A stretch of 64,000 bases of DNA from Chthoniobacterales bacterium (GCA_038207335.1 JBBQZX010000001.1:64001-128000); one strand, 5' to 3'. Counted from the stretch's first letter, positions 19,043 through 29,533 are shown. The notes: generated by a model not told the origin, from the letters alone. Program-made: numbers and translations.

Positions 19043-20185
19043 CTATTTTGTCCAGCGGTGGGCGTCGGGGCTTCGAAGGAAATGGATGAAGCCGCGGACG
19101 ATTGTGATGTTCAAAAAAAGAAATCCGGCGGGGAGCGAGAGGATGCGGGAGCGTGCGGACGGGAGCGCGATGCCGACGATGGCGAGAGCGTAGAAACAGC
19201 TCTGGCAGATGAATGGGAGGCGATACAGCCGATGAGCGAGGAGCGCGAGGTTGCTGGCGAAAAGCGCCGCGAGGAGGAACGGGGCGAGGAGGCGCAGGTA
19301 TTTGTGGGAGATTAGTTGCCACCAGAGGCGGTGCTTCCATGGGAGGAGCCACGCGGGATGCGCGATGAGCATTTGGAAATTACCGGCGAGTGTGCGGCGT
19401 TTGCGGTGGCGCTCGGCGGCGGGGCTCAGTGGCTGCGGGTCGAACGCAAGCGCGTCCGGGTCATGCAGCACCCGAAAGCCGCGAGCGGCGATCTGCATCG
19501 GAATGACGACATCATCGAGGATCGTGCCGGGTGCGAGCGGTGTGAATGCGGAGCGACGGATCGCGTAAACGGCGCCGGTGCAGCCGATGCAGGAATCCCA
19601 GTCGGATTCCGCGGCGCGGATGGATTTCTCCATTCGCCAGTACGCGTCCACGCCTTTGGCGAGGCCACTCTCCGAGGGTGCGATCTCGAGCGAGCCACTG
19701 ACGGCTCCGATTTTAGGATCGGAAAAATGCGCGGTGAGACGCGCGATGGTGTCGGATGAAAAACGCTGGCGCGCATCGGTGAAAACGAGGATATCCGCGG
19801 AGGCGCGCCGAACGGCGGCGTTGAGCCCGGCGGCTTTTCCGCGACGCTCGGCGAGGGAAAGCATGTCGATGCGCGAGCTTTCCAATGCGTGAGCCGCGGT
19901 GGTGGTGGCGTCAGTGGAACCGTCCGATATGAGGAGGACGCGCAACTTTTCGGGCGGATAGTCAGAGGCGAGCAGGTTTTCGATTCGCGTGGAAATGAGA
20001 GCGGCTTCGTTGTGCGCGACGACGATGGCGCAGACCTCGGGTTGTGGATGATCCTGCGCCATGGCGATGCCGCGAGCGCGGCGGTGCGCGAGGAAGCCGA
20101 TGAGGAGCTGGTATCCGAGAAATGTGTAGGCGAGCGCGAGCCCGCTTCCCCAAAAGATCGCGGTGAAAATGGGTGCGCCAGTCAT
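19043..20185 (-). CDS. Glycosyltransferase family 2 with N- and C-terminal TM segments
   Basis: VAHNE, SDGSTD, GKAAGLN, FTDA, TGAVYAIR, ILDD, RKRRTLAG. Confidence 0.9.
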   Translation of the reverse strand: MTGAPIFTAIFWGSGLALAYTFLGYQLLIGFLAHRRARGIAMAQDHPQPEVCAIVVAHNEAALISTRIENLLASDYPPEKLRVLLISDGSTDATTTAAHALESSRIDMLSLAERRGKAAGLNAAVRRASADILVFTDARQRFSSDTIARLTAHFSDPKIGAVSGSLEIAPSESGLAKGVDAYWRMEKSIRAAESDWDSCIGCTGAVYAIRRSAFTPLAPGTILDDVVIPMQIAARGFRVLHDPDALAFDPQPLSPAAERHRKRRTLAGNFQMLIAHPAWLLPWKHRLWWQLISHKYLRLLAPFLLAALFASNLALLAHRLYRLPFICQSCFYALAIVGIALPSARSRILSLPAGFLFLNITIVRGFIHFLRSPDAHRWTK

Positions 20186-20222
20186 GTCTTCGCGAGCCCG
20201 CATGGCCGCACAGCCGAGGCGC

Positions 20223-21674
20223 TCACATGCGCTTCAAAACGGCGGCCCAGAAATGAATGGTGGCCCAGACGATAGTCCCAATGGCCAGCAGGTCGAACCA
20301 GCCGATGCGATTCCACGGCATCGCCGTGTTTGGCGCGGTTTCGGGCTCCATATTGTCGCGCTGCAAAGTGGCGATGGCCGCCACCGGTTCGAGCGCGAGC
20401 ACTGCGGTGTCGATGGCAGGCGCGAGTTCGCCGGCAAGTTCGGGCGTTGGCAAAAAACGACCGCGCCAGGACGGGATGGCGGGCGTGAGCGGCGCGGCTT
20501 CCGGATCGGGAACGTATTGCGAGATGCCGCGGAGATGCCGGTGAAATGCGGCGATCGCGGCGGTGAACATGAAGAAAGTCGGGCGATATCCGAAATCCAC
20601 CATCCATGAGGAAACGAGGTAGGAGACGACGAGGACGAAGAGACATCGCCGGATGCGCTCGTCGTCGTCCGTGGAGGTTTTCGCGGTGATGAGTGTGCGC
20701 AAATTGCAGAAGAGGACGCCGAGAAAGCAGAAGAGGCCGACTTTTCCCAGCTCCGCACCGATCTGCACGTAAGAAGAGTGTGCAGCTTTGTTGTAGTGGT
20801 GGACGGCCTTGAAGTCTTTTAGCCACTGGCCGTATCCGATCCCGGTTGTGCGTGTCTGTAGGCGGTTCAGGCCGTGGGTGAATGCGACGACGCGGCCCAT
20901 GATCGCGCCATCTGATTTCGCGCGGTCGAGTTCTGTCATGCGCGGAAGTTTCCAGAGGACGGCTCCGCCAAAACTGATCGCGGCGACGATGATGATTATC
21001 TGCACAGCCTTTGGCCGGCCAAACGTCTGCGTCGCGAGCACGGTGGCTGCGGTGCACAGAAACGCGCCTTTCGAGAGTGTGAGGTAGATGCACAAGAGCG
21101 GCAGGAGGATGAGGGTGATGCCAAGGCATTTCACTACGACTGGGCGCTTCCAGACGAAGAGGAAGTAGATCATTGGGATCGCCGGGACGACGTTGTGACC
21201 GAGCGCGTTTGGGTTTTTGAAGATGGAAAGATTGATCGTGAGGCGTCCTTGCATCCGGCCATTCGTAATCTCATAGCTGCCGAGCGGGTCGAATCCGTAC
21301 TCGCTCGCGACGGCGAGTGCGGCGAGGGCGACGACAAGGAGCGCCCACCAGCCGACGAATTGCCGAATGCGGGGCGTGGTGGTGAGCGTCTGGACGATGA
21401 CAACGTAGAAAACGGCGAGCGGGAAAACCGCCTTGCAGGTCTCCCAATGCGCGTCGGATGCGCTGATGATCCATGCGAAAAATGCGAGCATCATCCAGTC
21501 GTGCGGCGTCCTGAGCAGGTCGCCAAGGCGCAGGCTGCGCTCGCGAAAAAAGAGGGTGACCAGCGCCATGATCATGACGAGCTGGACGAAGTGGAGCTTT
21601 GAAAAAATAGCCCCCCACTCCTGCGGACGGATGTAATACATCACGAGGAAAAGGATGACGGAGACGAAGTCCAA
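20223..21674 (-). CDS. O-antigen ligase / Wzy polymerase-like membrane protein
   Basis: Many TM helices, NPNALG, TLSKGA, GIGYG, AHSSY...AELGKVG (Wzy_C signature). Confidence 0.82.
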   Translation of the reverse strand: MDFVSVILFLVMYYIRPQEWGAIFSKLHFVQLVMIMALVTLFFRERSLRLGDLLRTPHDWMMLAFFAWIISASDAHWETCKAVFPLAVFYVVIVQTLTTTPRIRQFVGWWALLVVALAALAVASEYGFDPLGSYEITNGRMQGRLTINLSIFKNPNALGHNVVPAIPMIYFLFVWKRPVVVKCLGITLILLPLLCIYLTLSKGAFLCTAATVLATQTFGRPKAVQIIIIVAAISFGGAVLWKLPRMTELDRAKSDGAIMGRVVAFTHGLNRLQTRTTGIGYGQWLKDFKAVHHYNKAAHSSYVQIGAELGKVGLFCFLGVLFCNLRTLITAKTSTDDDERIRRCLFVLVVSYLVSSWMVDFGYRPTFFMFTAAIAAFHRHLRGISQYVPDPEAAPLTPAIPSWRGRFLPTPELAGELAPAIDTAVLALEPVAAIATLQRDNMEPETAPNTAMPWNRIGWFDLLAIGTIVWATIHFWAAVLKRM

Positions 21675-21761
21675 TTCGGTGAAAGTTGAGGGTTGTTGAG
21701 GTGAGCGTTGAGACGGATCTTTCGCTATTCTCCTTCCGGCAGGGCAGGGAAGAGTGAAGGA

Positions 21762-22892
21762 CTAACCGGCTCGGCGTGGTGCGGCGGTGGCGCGGTAGAG
21801 GCGCTCGTAAGCGTCAAGCATCGCGGCGATCGAGAAGCGGTCTACCGCTTTCCGGCGCGCGGCGCGGGCAAATGTAGCGAGCTGTGCGGGGTCGGCAAGC
21901 AGCCCGGTGAACGCGGCGGCGAGAGCGGTGGAGGTGGAGAGGTCGGTGATGATTCCGTCACGGCCGCTGTCGATGAATTGCTCGTGGCCGCATCCGGTAT
22001 TCGCGAGAACAGGGACTCCGCAGGACATGGCTTCTAGCGCGGCGTTCGAAAGACCTTCATTCGAGGAGGGGACTGCGAGGAGATCGAGCGCTTGGTAAAA
22101 TGGAACCGGGTCGAGTTTGAAGCCTGTCAGATGGATGCGATCGCAGTGCGGACTCGCTGCGGCGCGGTCGTGGATCGCACGTTCCTTTGGTCCGCCGCCA
22201 CCGATCACGAGGAGGTGTGCCGCTGGAAAATGGGGTGCGATTTTCTCGAATGAATCGAGGAGAACATCGTGGCGTTTGAACTCACCGAATCGCCCGGAGA
22301 TGCCAATGAATACAGCATCCGCAGGTAATCCGATCGCGTCGCGGGCGACGGAACGCTGCGCGGGTGTGAAGCGTGTGGTGTCCACGCCGTTTGGAATCGG
22401 CGTGATTCTTTCGAGTGGAAAATGGAGTGCGGCGAGTTGCGCGCGGATGCCGTCGGAGACGGTGTGAACGTGGCGGCAAGTGCGGTAGAGCCAGCGGCGT
22501 TGGCGCAGGCGTTTCGTGGTTAGGTCGGCGTCGGTTAGCTGGCTGTGCTCGCCGTGGAGGAGTGGCGTTCGGTAGCCGGCGAGCGTGGCGAGTGCGGAGT
22601 AAATGAGCGGGCCGAGATTGTGACTGTGGACGACATGAGGACGGACGCGGGAAATCTGCCGGGCGAGGCCGCGCACGGCTTTCCACGAAAAAGCGGTTTT
22701 TTTTCCCAGCACTTCGACGTCGCTGGGCGCTGGCAAACGTGCTGCGAACGCGCCGCGGCGCTCGAGGCAGGCGATGTGCATTTCGATGCCGCGTGGGAGC
22801 AATCCGCTGGCGAGATTGACGACGCCATTTTCCATCCCACCGGGTTCGAGCGAGTGGACAACGTGGAGGATTTTCAGCGGTGCGCTGCTCAC
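21762..22892 (-). CDS. Glycosyltransferase family 4
   Basis: ILHVVHSLEPGGME, VVHSH, IPNGVD, PSSNEGLSNAALEAMSCG; GTG start overlaps the upstream stop. Confidence 0.92.
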   Translation of the reverse strand: MSSAPLKILHVVHSLEPGGMENGVVNLASGLLPRGIEMHIACLERRGAFAARLPAPSDVEVLGKKTAFSWKAVRGLARQISRVRPHVVHSHNLGPLIYSALATLAGYRTPLLHGEHSQLTDADLTTKRLRQRRWLYRTCRHVHTVSDGIRAQLAALHFPLERITPIPNGVDTTRFTPAQRSVARDAIGLPADAVFIGISGRFGEFKRHDVLLDSFEKIAPHFPAAHLLVIGGGGPKERAIHDRAAASPHCDRIHLTGFKLDPVPFYQALDLLAVPSSNEGLSNAALEAMSCGVPVLANTGCGHEQFIDSGRDGIITDLSTSTALAAAFTGLLADPAQLATFARAARRKAVDRFSIAAMLDAYERLYRATAAPRRAG

Positions 22893-23923
22893 CGGGTGCG
22901 TGGAAATGCGCCTTCCACAGCGGGCGGTGCGGTGACCTTTGCCGGTGCAGTGAGGAGGAATCGTGCGAGTGTGCGAAGCCTGAAAAGTGGACGCTCGGTG
23001 ATGCGGCCCGGGCGGAGAAAAATCGGATACAAAAGGACGGATGTCGTGAGGTAGGCGAGCGGGCGTAGGCGGAGCCCTTCGTCGAAATGTGTCCACGCGA
23101 TCTGGAAATAATGAACAGACCATGCGCGGAGCCAGAAGGGGATGTCGGCGTGTGAAACCGCCGCAGAAGACCAGGCTTTTCGCAGCACGGCGCGCGAGTT
23201 GTGCATCATGCGGGCGGCATTTTTGCTCATGTTGCCGGAGTGTCGGCGGATGAGCGCGAGTGGTTGGCCGATGAACCAAACGCGGTACCGCTTGGCGGCG
23301 CGAATCCACATGTCGCGATCCTCGGAACTGCGCAGCGAGGTATCAAAGTCCCCGCATTTTGCGAAGACGTCGCGGCGGATGACGATGGAGGAGGAGAGGG
23401 GGCGGTTGCGGAGGACGAAGTCGCGCGCGGTCAGCTCGCGGTCGGGCTCTGGGGCGGAATAGCGGGATTCGACGTGTGCGCCAGCGGAGTCCATTCTGAA
23501 ACTGTTCGTGGCAACGAGGGCGAAGGAATCGGAGAGTTGCGCGAACTGGCGCATGACATCCGCGAGGAGCGAGGGAAGCCAGAGATCATCGGCATCAAGG
23601 AATGCAACGAAGGGAAATCGCGCCTCGTGGATGCCGGTGTTCCGAGCGGCGGAAAGCCCGGCATTTTCCTGCCAAATATAGCGGACGCGAGGATCGGGTT
23701 GCTGTGCGACGATTGCGCGAGTGTCATCCGTGGAGCCATCGTCGATCACGATGACTTCCAGTTCGCGGTGCGTCTGGGCCAAACCGGACGCGATCGCGCC
23801 GAGGAGATAGTGCGCGTAATTGTGCGCGGGGATGACTACGGAAACACCGACAGCGCGACTCTCCGCATTGCCGACGCGCTGTGGCTGCGAAGAAAACTCC
23901 GGCTCAAGGCCACGACTCATCAC
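22889..23923 (-). CDS. Glycosyltransferase family 2
   Basis: VSVVIPAHN, IDDGSTD, NAGLSAARN, FLDADD, SED. Confidence 0.92.
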   Translation of the reverse strand: MMSRGLEPEFSSQPQRVGNAESRAVGVSVVIPAHNYAHYLLGAIASGLAQTHRELEVIVIDDGSTDDTRAIVAQQPDPRVRYIWQENAGLSAARNTGIHEARFPFVAFLDADDLWLPSLLADVMRQFAQLSDSFALVATNSFRMDSAGAHVESRYSAPEPDRELTARDFVLRNRPLSSSIVIRRDVFAKCGDFDTSLRSSEDRDMWIRAAKRYRVWFIGQPLALIRRHSGNMSKNAARMMHNSRAVLRKAWSSAAVSHADIPFWLRAWSVHYFQIAWTHFDEGLRLRPLAYLTTSVLLYPIFLRPGRITERPLFRLRTLARFLLTAPAKVTAPPAVEGAFPRTR

Positions 23924-26103
23924 GCATTCTCGAGGGTGTGCGTGTTGTAGTAGTAGTCGTGGGAGTAGTAGTAGTACTGGTAGTAGTTCTGCGTGGCGTT
24001 GAGATCGAGGCGATTGAGGATGAAGCCATAAAAGTTAGCCCCGTTCCCATTGAGCATCTCGATGGCCGCCTTCATGTTGCGGATCGGTGTGTGTCCGCTC
24101 CAGATGACGAAGAGCACGCCGTCCACGTAGCGCTGAAGAATCGACGTTTCGGACAGACCGAGGACCGGGGGAGTGTCGATGACGATGCGATCGAAAGTGC
24201 CGCGCAGAAGCGTCATGAGGTCTGCGAACTTCTGCGAGCCTAGCAGTTCGGTGCCGGTTTCGAGATGGCGTCCGGCACTGAGGACGGTGAGGTTTTCGTG
24301 CGTCGTGGGGCGCAGCGCTTCATCGAGGGTGGCCTCGCCGAGAAGGACGTTGCTGAGGCCGGGGCTCTTCCGATATCCAAAGAGCCGATGGAGACGACCA
24401 CGGCGGAGGTCGGTATCGACGAGAAGCGTCTTGGAGCCGGTCTGTGCGAACGAAATAGCAAGATTGGACGAGACGACTGTCTTGCCCTCTTTAGGCATCG
24501 CGCTCGTGATCATCATGACGTGCGGCGGCTTGGAGAGCGCGCCCATCGAGAGGAGATTCGTGCGAATGACGCGGAAGTTTTCGACGAGACTGGACTTGGT
24601 GGAGTCCTCGGTGTCGATCAATGCAGGTGCGGTGGTGGTTTCGACTTTTGGGACGATACCGAGTCCGCGAAGCTGGAAGGCGGATTCTACCTGGTCGAGA
24701 TTCGAGAGCGTGTGGTCGAGATATTCGATGAGGAAAGGAATGCCGAGGGCAAGGACGGCGCCGAGGGCGAGCGTAAAGATGAGCAGCTTCATCCGATTCG
24801 GTGAAACTGGGCGATCGTGAACCTCGGTCAGGCCGGCGAACGTGAGGTCGATGCGCTCTTTGTCGTAGGCGTAGTCGAGAGCCTGTAGGCGTTGCATCAT
24901 TTGTTTGTAGATGCTATTCCAGCGGAGCTGGCCGTTATCGAAAAGCGTGCTGTCGAGCTTGATCAGATCGGCCTTTTTATTGACATCGGCGTACTGCGGC
25001 AGCTTGTGCTCGAAGTCCTGCTTTTTGTTGAGCAGATGCTGATACTCGACCTCAAGGCGGTTCTGAGCGACTTGGAATTCAGCGTCGAGCTGCTTACGGA
25101 CGTCCTCCATTTGCTTGGTGAGGGCGATCATTTTATGATGGCCTGGGAGATAAATTTTCGAGGCTTCGGCCCTCTCGTTCTTGAGTTGCTGCTGCTGCTT
25201 TTCCAATCCCTCCCAAGGCCTTGCTGAAGAAACCATGGAAGGCACGACGACCATGGAATTCCCGGACGTCTGACCGGAATTTTTGCCATCGTCAGCAGCG
25301 GTGTCGCCTGACGAATTCGAGTCCTGAGATAACGGTCCCAGAAAATTGATGTCCGGTGTTTTCTCCATCGCGACGGTCGCGATCAGGGAGAGCTTGGTGA
25401 CGCTGTCGAGCGCCGGGTCTTGAATCTGGATGCGGACCCGGCCGAGTTCGTCAAGGCGTTTTCGGATGCGGACGAGTTCGACGGGAATGCTCCGCATTTC
25501 GTTGAGTTCGATGAGGGTTTTCTGCGAGTCGCGTTCGTCCTTGAAATCGAAGCGTTTACCAATGTTCGCGATGAGCTTGTTCCTGACTTCCTCGGTCTCG
25601 CGGGTGTATGCCTCGAAGATTTCGTCGCGGTCGTGGACGCGTTTTTCTTTACGATAGGACAGGAACTCGTTGACGAGCGTTTCAGCCCAGACATTCGCGA
25701 GCGGGGCGGTCGTGGGCCAGACTTCGATCTCGAGGTTCTTTTCGGAGTTTTGCCGGATGCTGACCTTGAGGACGTATTTTGAGGCGATTTCACGCGCACT
25801 GCCCTTGAGCCCGAGTTTTCGTGCGGTCCGTTCGACGATGTGCGGAGCCATCATTTCGCGGATGATCGCCCGGATGCGCCCGTCGTGGTAAATTTTGTCG
25901 GTGTCCACCGGCAGGGCGAGGTAGTCCATCTGGACCAGAGCGCGGGCGTAATAAACGGGTCGGGCGTAAACGTAGTAGGCTAGTCCCGCGCTCAGACTCG
26001 CCGCCATCAGAAGCAGCATCAGCCGCAGATGTTTGCGGGCGATCGCGACGTACATGATGACGTCGTGAAGATTGAGAACACGTTTTTTAAGACCGGGGAT
26101 CAT
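23920..26103 (-). CDS. Polysaccharide co-polymerase / BY-kinase (Wzc-like)
   Basis: Two TM segments around a coiled coil, PVSP, Walker A SAMPKEGKT, DTDLR, IDTPP, Tyr cluster YYQYYYYSHDYYY. Confidence 0.93.
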   Translation of the reverse strand: MIPGLKKRVLNLHDVIMYVAIARKHLRLMLLLMAASLSAGLAYYVYARPVYYARALVQMDYLALPVDTDKIYHDGRIRAIIREMMAPHIVERTARKLGLKGSAREIASKYVLKVSIRQNSEKNLEIEVWPTTAPLANVWAETLVNEFLSYRKEKRVHDRDEIFEAYTRETEEVRNKLIANIGKRFDFKDERDSQKTLIELNEMRSIPVELVRIRKRLDELGRVRIQIQDPALDSVTKLSLIATVAMEKTPDINFLGPLSQDSNSSGDTAADDGKNSGQTSGNSMVVVPSMVSSARPWEGLEKQQQQLKNERAEASKIYLPGHHKMIALTKQMEDVRKQLDAEFQVAQNRLEVEYQHLLNKKQDFEHKLPQYADVNKKADLIKLDSTLFDNGQLRWNSIYKQMMQRLQALDYAYDKERIDLTFAGLTEVHDRPVSPNRMKLLIFTLALGAVLALGIPFLIEYLDHTLSNLDQVESAFQLRGLGIVPKVETTTAPALIDTEDSTKSSLVENFRVIRTNLLSMGALSKPPHVMMITSAMPKEGKTVVSSNLAISFAQTGSKTLLVDTDLRRGRLHRLFGYRKSPGLSNVLLGEATLDEALRPTTHENLTVLSAGRHLETGTELLGSQKFADLMTLLRGTFDRIVIDTPPVLGLSETSILQRYVDGVLFVIWSGHTPIRNMKAAIEMLNGNGANFYGFILNRLDLNATQNYYQYYYYSHDYYYNTHTLENA

Positions 26104-26239
26104 TTAGGGAGTGCCGCCGGGGTGGGCGAGAAGTTCAAAAAAATTGCAACCAACAAACGCCAAGGTGACGCGAAAACGGAGATACGCAATCTTTTGACGA
26201 GAACCCCTTCACGAGAGCGCGCTTGGCGCTCGGGTGCCG

Positions 26240-27448
26240 TCAGAAGCTGAACCACTTTTCCGGCACGACGACGATGTCGCTGCTCTGGAGTACGACATCA
26301 GGCGACTGTCCCTTTTGAATTCCGACGACGTTGACGTCGAGTTTCGCCTTGGTGCCATCCGGCAGTGCGCGCAGGACGTGGACATGCCTGAGATCGGCAA
26401 ATTTCGCAAAGCCGCCGCTCTGCAGGATGGCGCCGTATGCCGTGAGTCGCTCGCCTTGGACGAGGTGGTAACTGCCTTGGCGCTTCACGTTCCCAGTGAC
26501 GTAAACGAGGTTTGCGGTGCCGATCGGAATGGTAATGACGTCGCCTTCGCTCAACGAGATATCGGAGGTGAGTCCGCCACCATCGAGGATCTTCTGCACG
26601 TTGACTTCTTCTACGATCCCTTTGTGTGCGGCGACGCGCATGACTTTGACGCGCGTGAGGTCGGCTTTTTCAGAAATGCCCCCACAGCTCAAAATGACGC
26701 CGACGAGTGTGGGTGCAGTGCCGGCGGGGATGCGGTAGGGGCGGGGATTTTTGAACGCGCCAGCGAGGTAGATGAGCGGGCCGGACTCGAGATCAACGCC
26801 GGAGACACGCTCGACGATGACAGAGGCGTGCTGCAGTTGCGAACTCTGGAGAGCATGGCGGACCGAGGCCTCTGCCGCGTCCAGCGATTTGCCGGCGACG
26901 GCGATGCGGCCGACTTGCGGCAGGATGATGTATCCCCCTCGGCGGACTTGGTAGCGGCCGTTAAAGGAAGGGTCTTCGACGACAAAGATTTCGAGGTTTT
27001 CGCCGGGAGCAACGACATCGCTGCCGGTGAGGACGGGCGCTTGGACCGGGTTGACTTTCTGGAGTTCGGCCTCGACTTGAGCGAGCTGCGCCCGGGTCGC
27101 CTGAAGGCGTGTCTCCCAGTCCTTGACGTCTTGGTTTGAGCGGTCTGCCTGATCGACGTTCCCCGCCGCACTCTGGATTGCGAGCCGTTTCTGTGCGGCA
27201 TCGAGCTTGGCTTTACCGTAGCGGACTTCACCTTCCAGCGTCTGCTTTTGCTCGGCGAGGCTTTCGGATTCGGCTGCGGCGACCCCTGGTGAAACGACTT
27301 CGACTTGAGAAGCGGTGTTAAGGGGGATCTCGGATTTTCGAAAAGTCACCTCTTTTTGTTCAGCCACTTGGCCATACACCGAAGTGCATGAAAGCAGCGC
27401 GATCCCACAGATTGCAGCGAGTGAAAAGGAGGATTTTTTGTGATTCAT
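26240..27448 (-). CDS. Polysaccharide export OPX protein with SLBB repeats (Wza-like)
   Basis: Signal peptide, GYIILPQVGRIAVAGKS, SLBB repeats (VYVTGNVKRQG), ends at VVVPEKWFSF. Confidence 0.88.
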   Translation of the reverse strand: MNHKKSSFSLAAICGIALLSCTSVYGQVAEQKEVTFRKSEIPLNTASQVEVVSPGVAAAESESLAEQKQTLEGEVRYGKAKLDAAQKRLAIQSAAGNVDQADRSNQDVKDWETRLQATRAQLAQVEAELQKVNPVQAPVLTGSDVVAPGENLEIFVVEDPSFNGRYQVRRGGYIILPQVGRIAVAGKSLDAAEASVRHALQSSQLQHASVIVERVSGVDLESGPLIYLAGAFKNPRPYRIPAGTAPTLVGVILSCGGISEKADLTRVKVMRVAAHKGIVEEVNVQKILDGGGLTSDISLSEGDVITIPIGTANLVYVTGNVKRQGSYHLVQGERLTAYGAILQSGGFAKFADLRHVHVLRALPDGTKAKLDVNVVGIQKGQSPDVVLQSSDIVVVPEKWFSF

Positions 27449-27533
27449 CTAGGGTGGAGTTTGGAAAACGGGCGTGAGAGTAGGGACCTGAGATTTTGCG
27501 TCAATGCGTAACGCGTCGAATGACGAATTTAGG

Positions 27534-29237
27534 TCAATCGAAATACTTCGTGACGGTGAGGAAGACGAGATTTTCGTCGAAATTGTCCCGCTCTCGGCTG
27601 GAGTCGCGAGTCTGGTATTGATAGAGAAGCCTGGCGACGAGCGTATCGGTGAAGCGATAGGTGAGATGGAGGCGTGCTGTGTAGGTCTCGTGGTGCCCGA
27701 GATCGTCGGAGTTGTAGCGGCGGTCAGTGTAAAGGCCGCTCAACTGGATCGTGGTGCGAGGGCCGGGATCGAGCGTGAAGCGGACGCCGGTGCGCCATTC
27801 GGTGCGGTCATATCCATCATCGGAGAGGTCAGCGACTTCCGAGTAGGAGACGAACGCTGCGGCGCGGATTTTCGGCCCGAGCACCTGCTCGATATGGTAG
27901 ATGGCGTCATCGCGCAATTCATTGCTCAAGTCGTTGTAGTGGCGGCGGAGCGTGAGCGTCTCGGTGGTATAGGGTCCCGCGATGTGCCGGAGTTGCAGGC
28001 CGTAGAGAAAGCGGTTGGTGCCGTTGTCGTCCTGGTGGAAAAGGCCGACATCTGCGTGCAAGAATAGCTGGTCGGTGATGGGGCCGTTGATCCCGAGGCG
28101 GATTTCGTGGCGGAATCCATCGATTTGGTCTGTGTGGACGCCTCGGTAGGCAGCAAATGGCTTGAAGCGCTGGTTTTCGCGCTCGGAGTAAATGCTCGCG
28201 TTTACGACATCCCGCAGCCGTGGCAGGCCGCGGTTGCCTTGATTATACCAAAGATTTTCATGGTAGGCGCCAACCCGCAGACGCACCGGCCCGGGAAGCA
28301 ACCGCTCTGCTTCGACGCCGATTTTATTGCTGTAGTAGAGAATCTCCGCCTCAGTGTTGTCATCGATGTTTCGATGGTGGCTGTCGCTGTTTCGCCCTGG
28401 AGCGCGAAAGGCGTAACGTCCCGCACGATCGACTTCGTTGAACTGGCCACCTTCGAAAATGTCGAGCGTATCGCGGTCGCCGGCGGTGATGCGGGCCGCA
28501 TCGATCGTGAAGTCATCGGAAAATACGACGTCCCACGCTCCGATTTTCGTCTCCCATGTTACCTGCGAGTGCAGAAGCGGCGAGCCATCGAGCGCGATGT
28601 CGTACGGCGCGAAAAGGCCAAACCCGGCAATGCCAAATTTATTCTCGAACGGCAGCCACACGAGATTGCCAGTCACCGCAACATGAAGGCCTTCGGTGAG
28701 CTGGACGATCGCTGTGATCCCCAGCCGAACGATCCCGATCACATCCGACTCCCGGTTTTCGTTGCTGTGGTGGATATTGTCGCTGAAAAGGATGCCGGCG
28801 GTGAGGGCGCGCAGCTTCAGGAAAAGCGGGCCGAGCTTCAGGTCCGCGTCTTTTGGCTCGAAGCCGCGCTCGAGGAGAGGGAAGCGCAGGCGGGGCCCGG
28901 GAAAGGTCAGTCGTGTGTCACTCTGCACGGAGCCGAGATGCAGCGACGGATCGGGATTCAGCGGCCGCAGTACGTGGGTGTAGGGCGCTCCGGTGTCGCG
29001 AAAAACTGAGTGATATGGTATTCCCACGGCTGGCTCATCCACGAACGCGCCCTCCGGTGGTCGTCGGAGGCCCTCAGCAGCAGAAGGCGCTTCTGTGGGG
29101 CTGCCGACTGTGATCTGCGCGTGCCCGTGCGGTGTCGCGAATACCCCGGTCATCAAGGCGAGACACAGTCCTGTAGCCCTGCCTCCGCGGGAAACGAGCC
29201 CGGCTATTAGCCGACAGGACTGTCGTGCGAAAATCAA
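27534..29237 (-). CDS. Outer-membrane beta-barrel protein associated with polysaccharide export
   Basis: Signal-like N-terminus, alternating aromatic beta-strands, C-terminal FDENLVFLTVTKYFD; start uncertain (TTG 29237 overlaps the upstream stop). Confidence 0.75.
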   Translation of the reverse strand: MIFARQSCRLIAGLVSRGGRATGLCLALMTGVFATPHGHAQITVGSPTEAPSAAEGLRRPPEGAFVDEPAVGIPYHSVFRDTGAPYTHVLRPLNPDPSLHLGSVQSDTRLTFPGPRLRFPLLERGFEPKDADLKLGPLFLKLRALTAGILFSDNIHHSNENRESDVIGIVRLGITAIVQLTEGLHVAVTGNLVWLPFENKFGIAGFGLFAPYDIALDGSPLLHSQVTWETKIGAWDVVFSDDFTIDAARITAGDRDTLDIFEGGQFNEVDRAGRYAFRAPGRNSDSHHRNIDDNTEAEILYYSNKIGVEAERLLPGPVRLRVGAYHENLWYNQGNRGLPRLRDVVNASIYSERENQRFKPFAAYRGVHTDQIDGFRHEIRLGINGPITDQLFLHADVGLFHQDDNGTNRFLYGLQLRHIAGPYTTETLTLRRHYNDLSNELRDDAIYHIEQVLGPKIRAAAFVSYSEVADLSDDGYDRTEWRTGVRFTLDPGPRTTIQLSGLYTDRRYNSDDLGHHETYTARLHLTYRFTDTLVARLLYQYQTRDSSRERDNFDENLVFLTVTKYFD

Positions 29238-29533
29238 ACCGTACGGCCTCTTTTGAGATTTTGATGCCGTTTCTGCCGACTTTGCTTTCCGAGAAAAAGC
29301 TGCGGCAAATCCTCCCGGCGAAAGGAAAAAGGCAAATACGCCAGCAGACCCAACACTGGGAAAACCACGACGATCCCGAGCCAGAAATTGCGCTGAGACC
29401 GCGTGAAAGGCTGCGCTAAAACGCTGGATACGGTGCAAACCAGCACGACAAGCCAGACGAAGAGCAGGCAGACCGCGACCTCGGGGCTGAGCTTGGCTTG
29501 TTGAAAACTAAAACGGGTGAGGAGATCGCGCAT
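29234..29533 (-). CDS. Small two-TM protein (PLDc_N-like)
   Basis: Two hydrophobic helices with RNFWLGIVVVFPVLGLLAYL and a basic tail. Confidence 0.7.
   Translation of the reverse strand: MRDLLTRFSFQQAKLSPEVAVCLLFVWLVVLVCTVSSVLAQPFTRSQRNFWLGIVVVFPVLGLLAYLPFSFRREDLPQLFLGKQSRQKRHQNLKRGRTV

Noticed and set aside
23940..23990. TAG-rich short repeat on the + strand
   Set aside because: It is the reverse complement of the Tyr codons of the normal Wzc phosphorylation cluster
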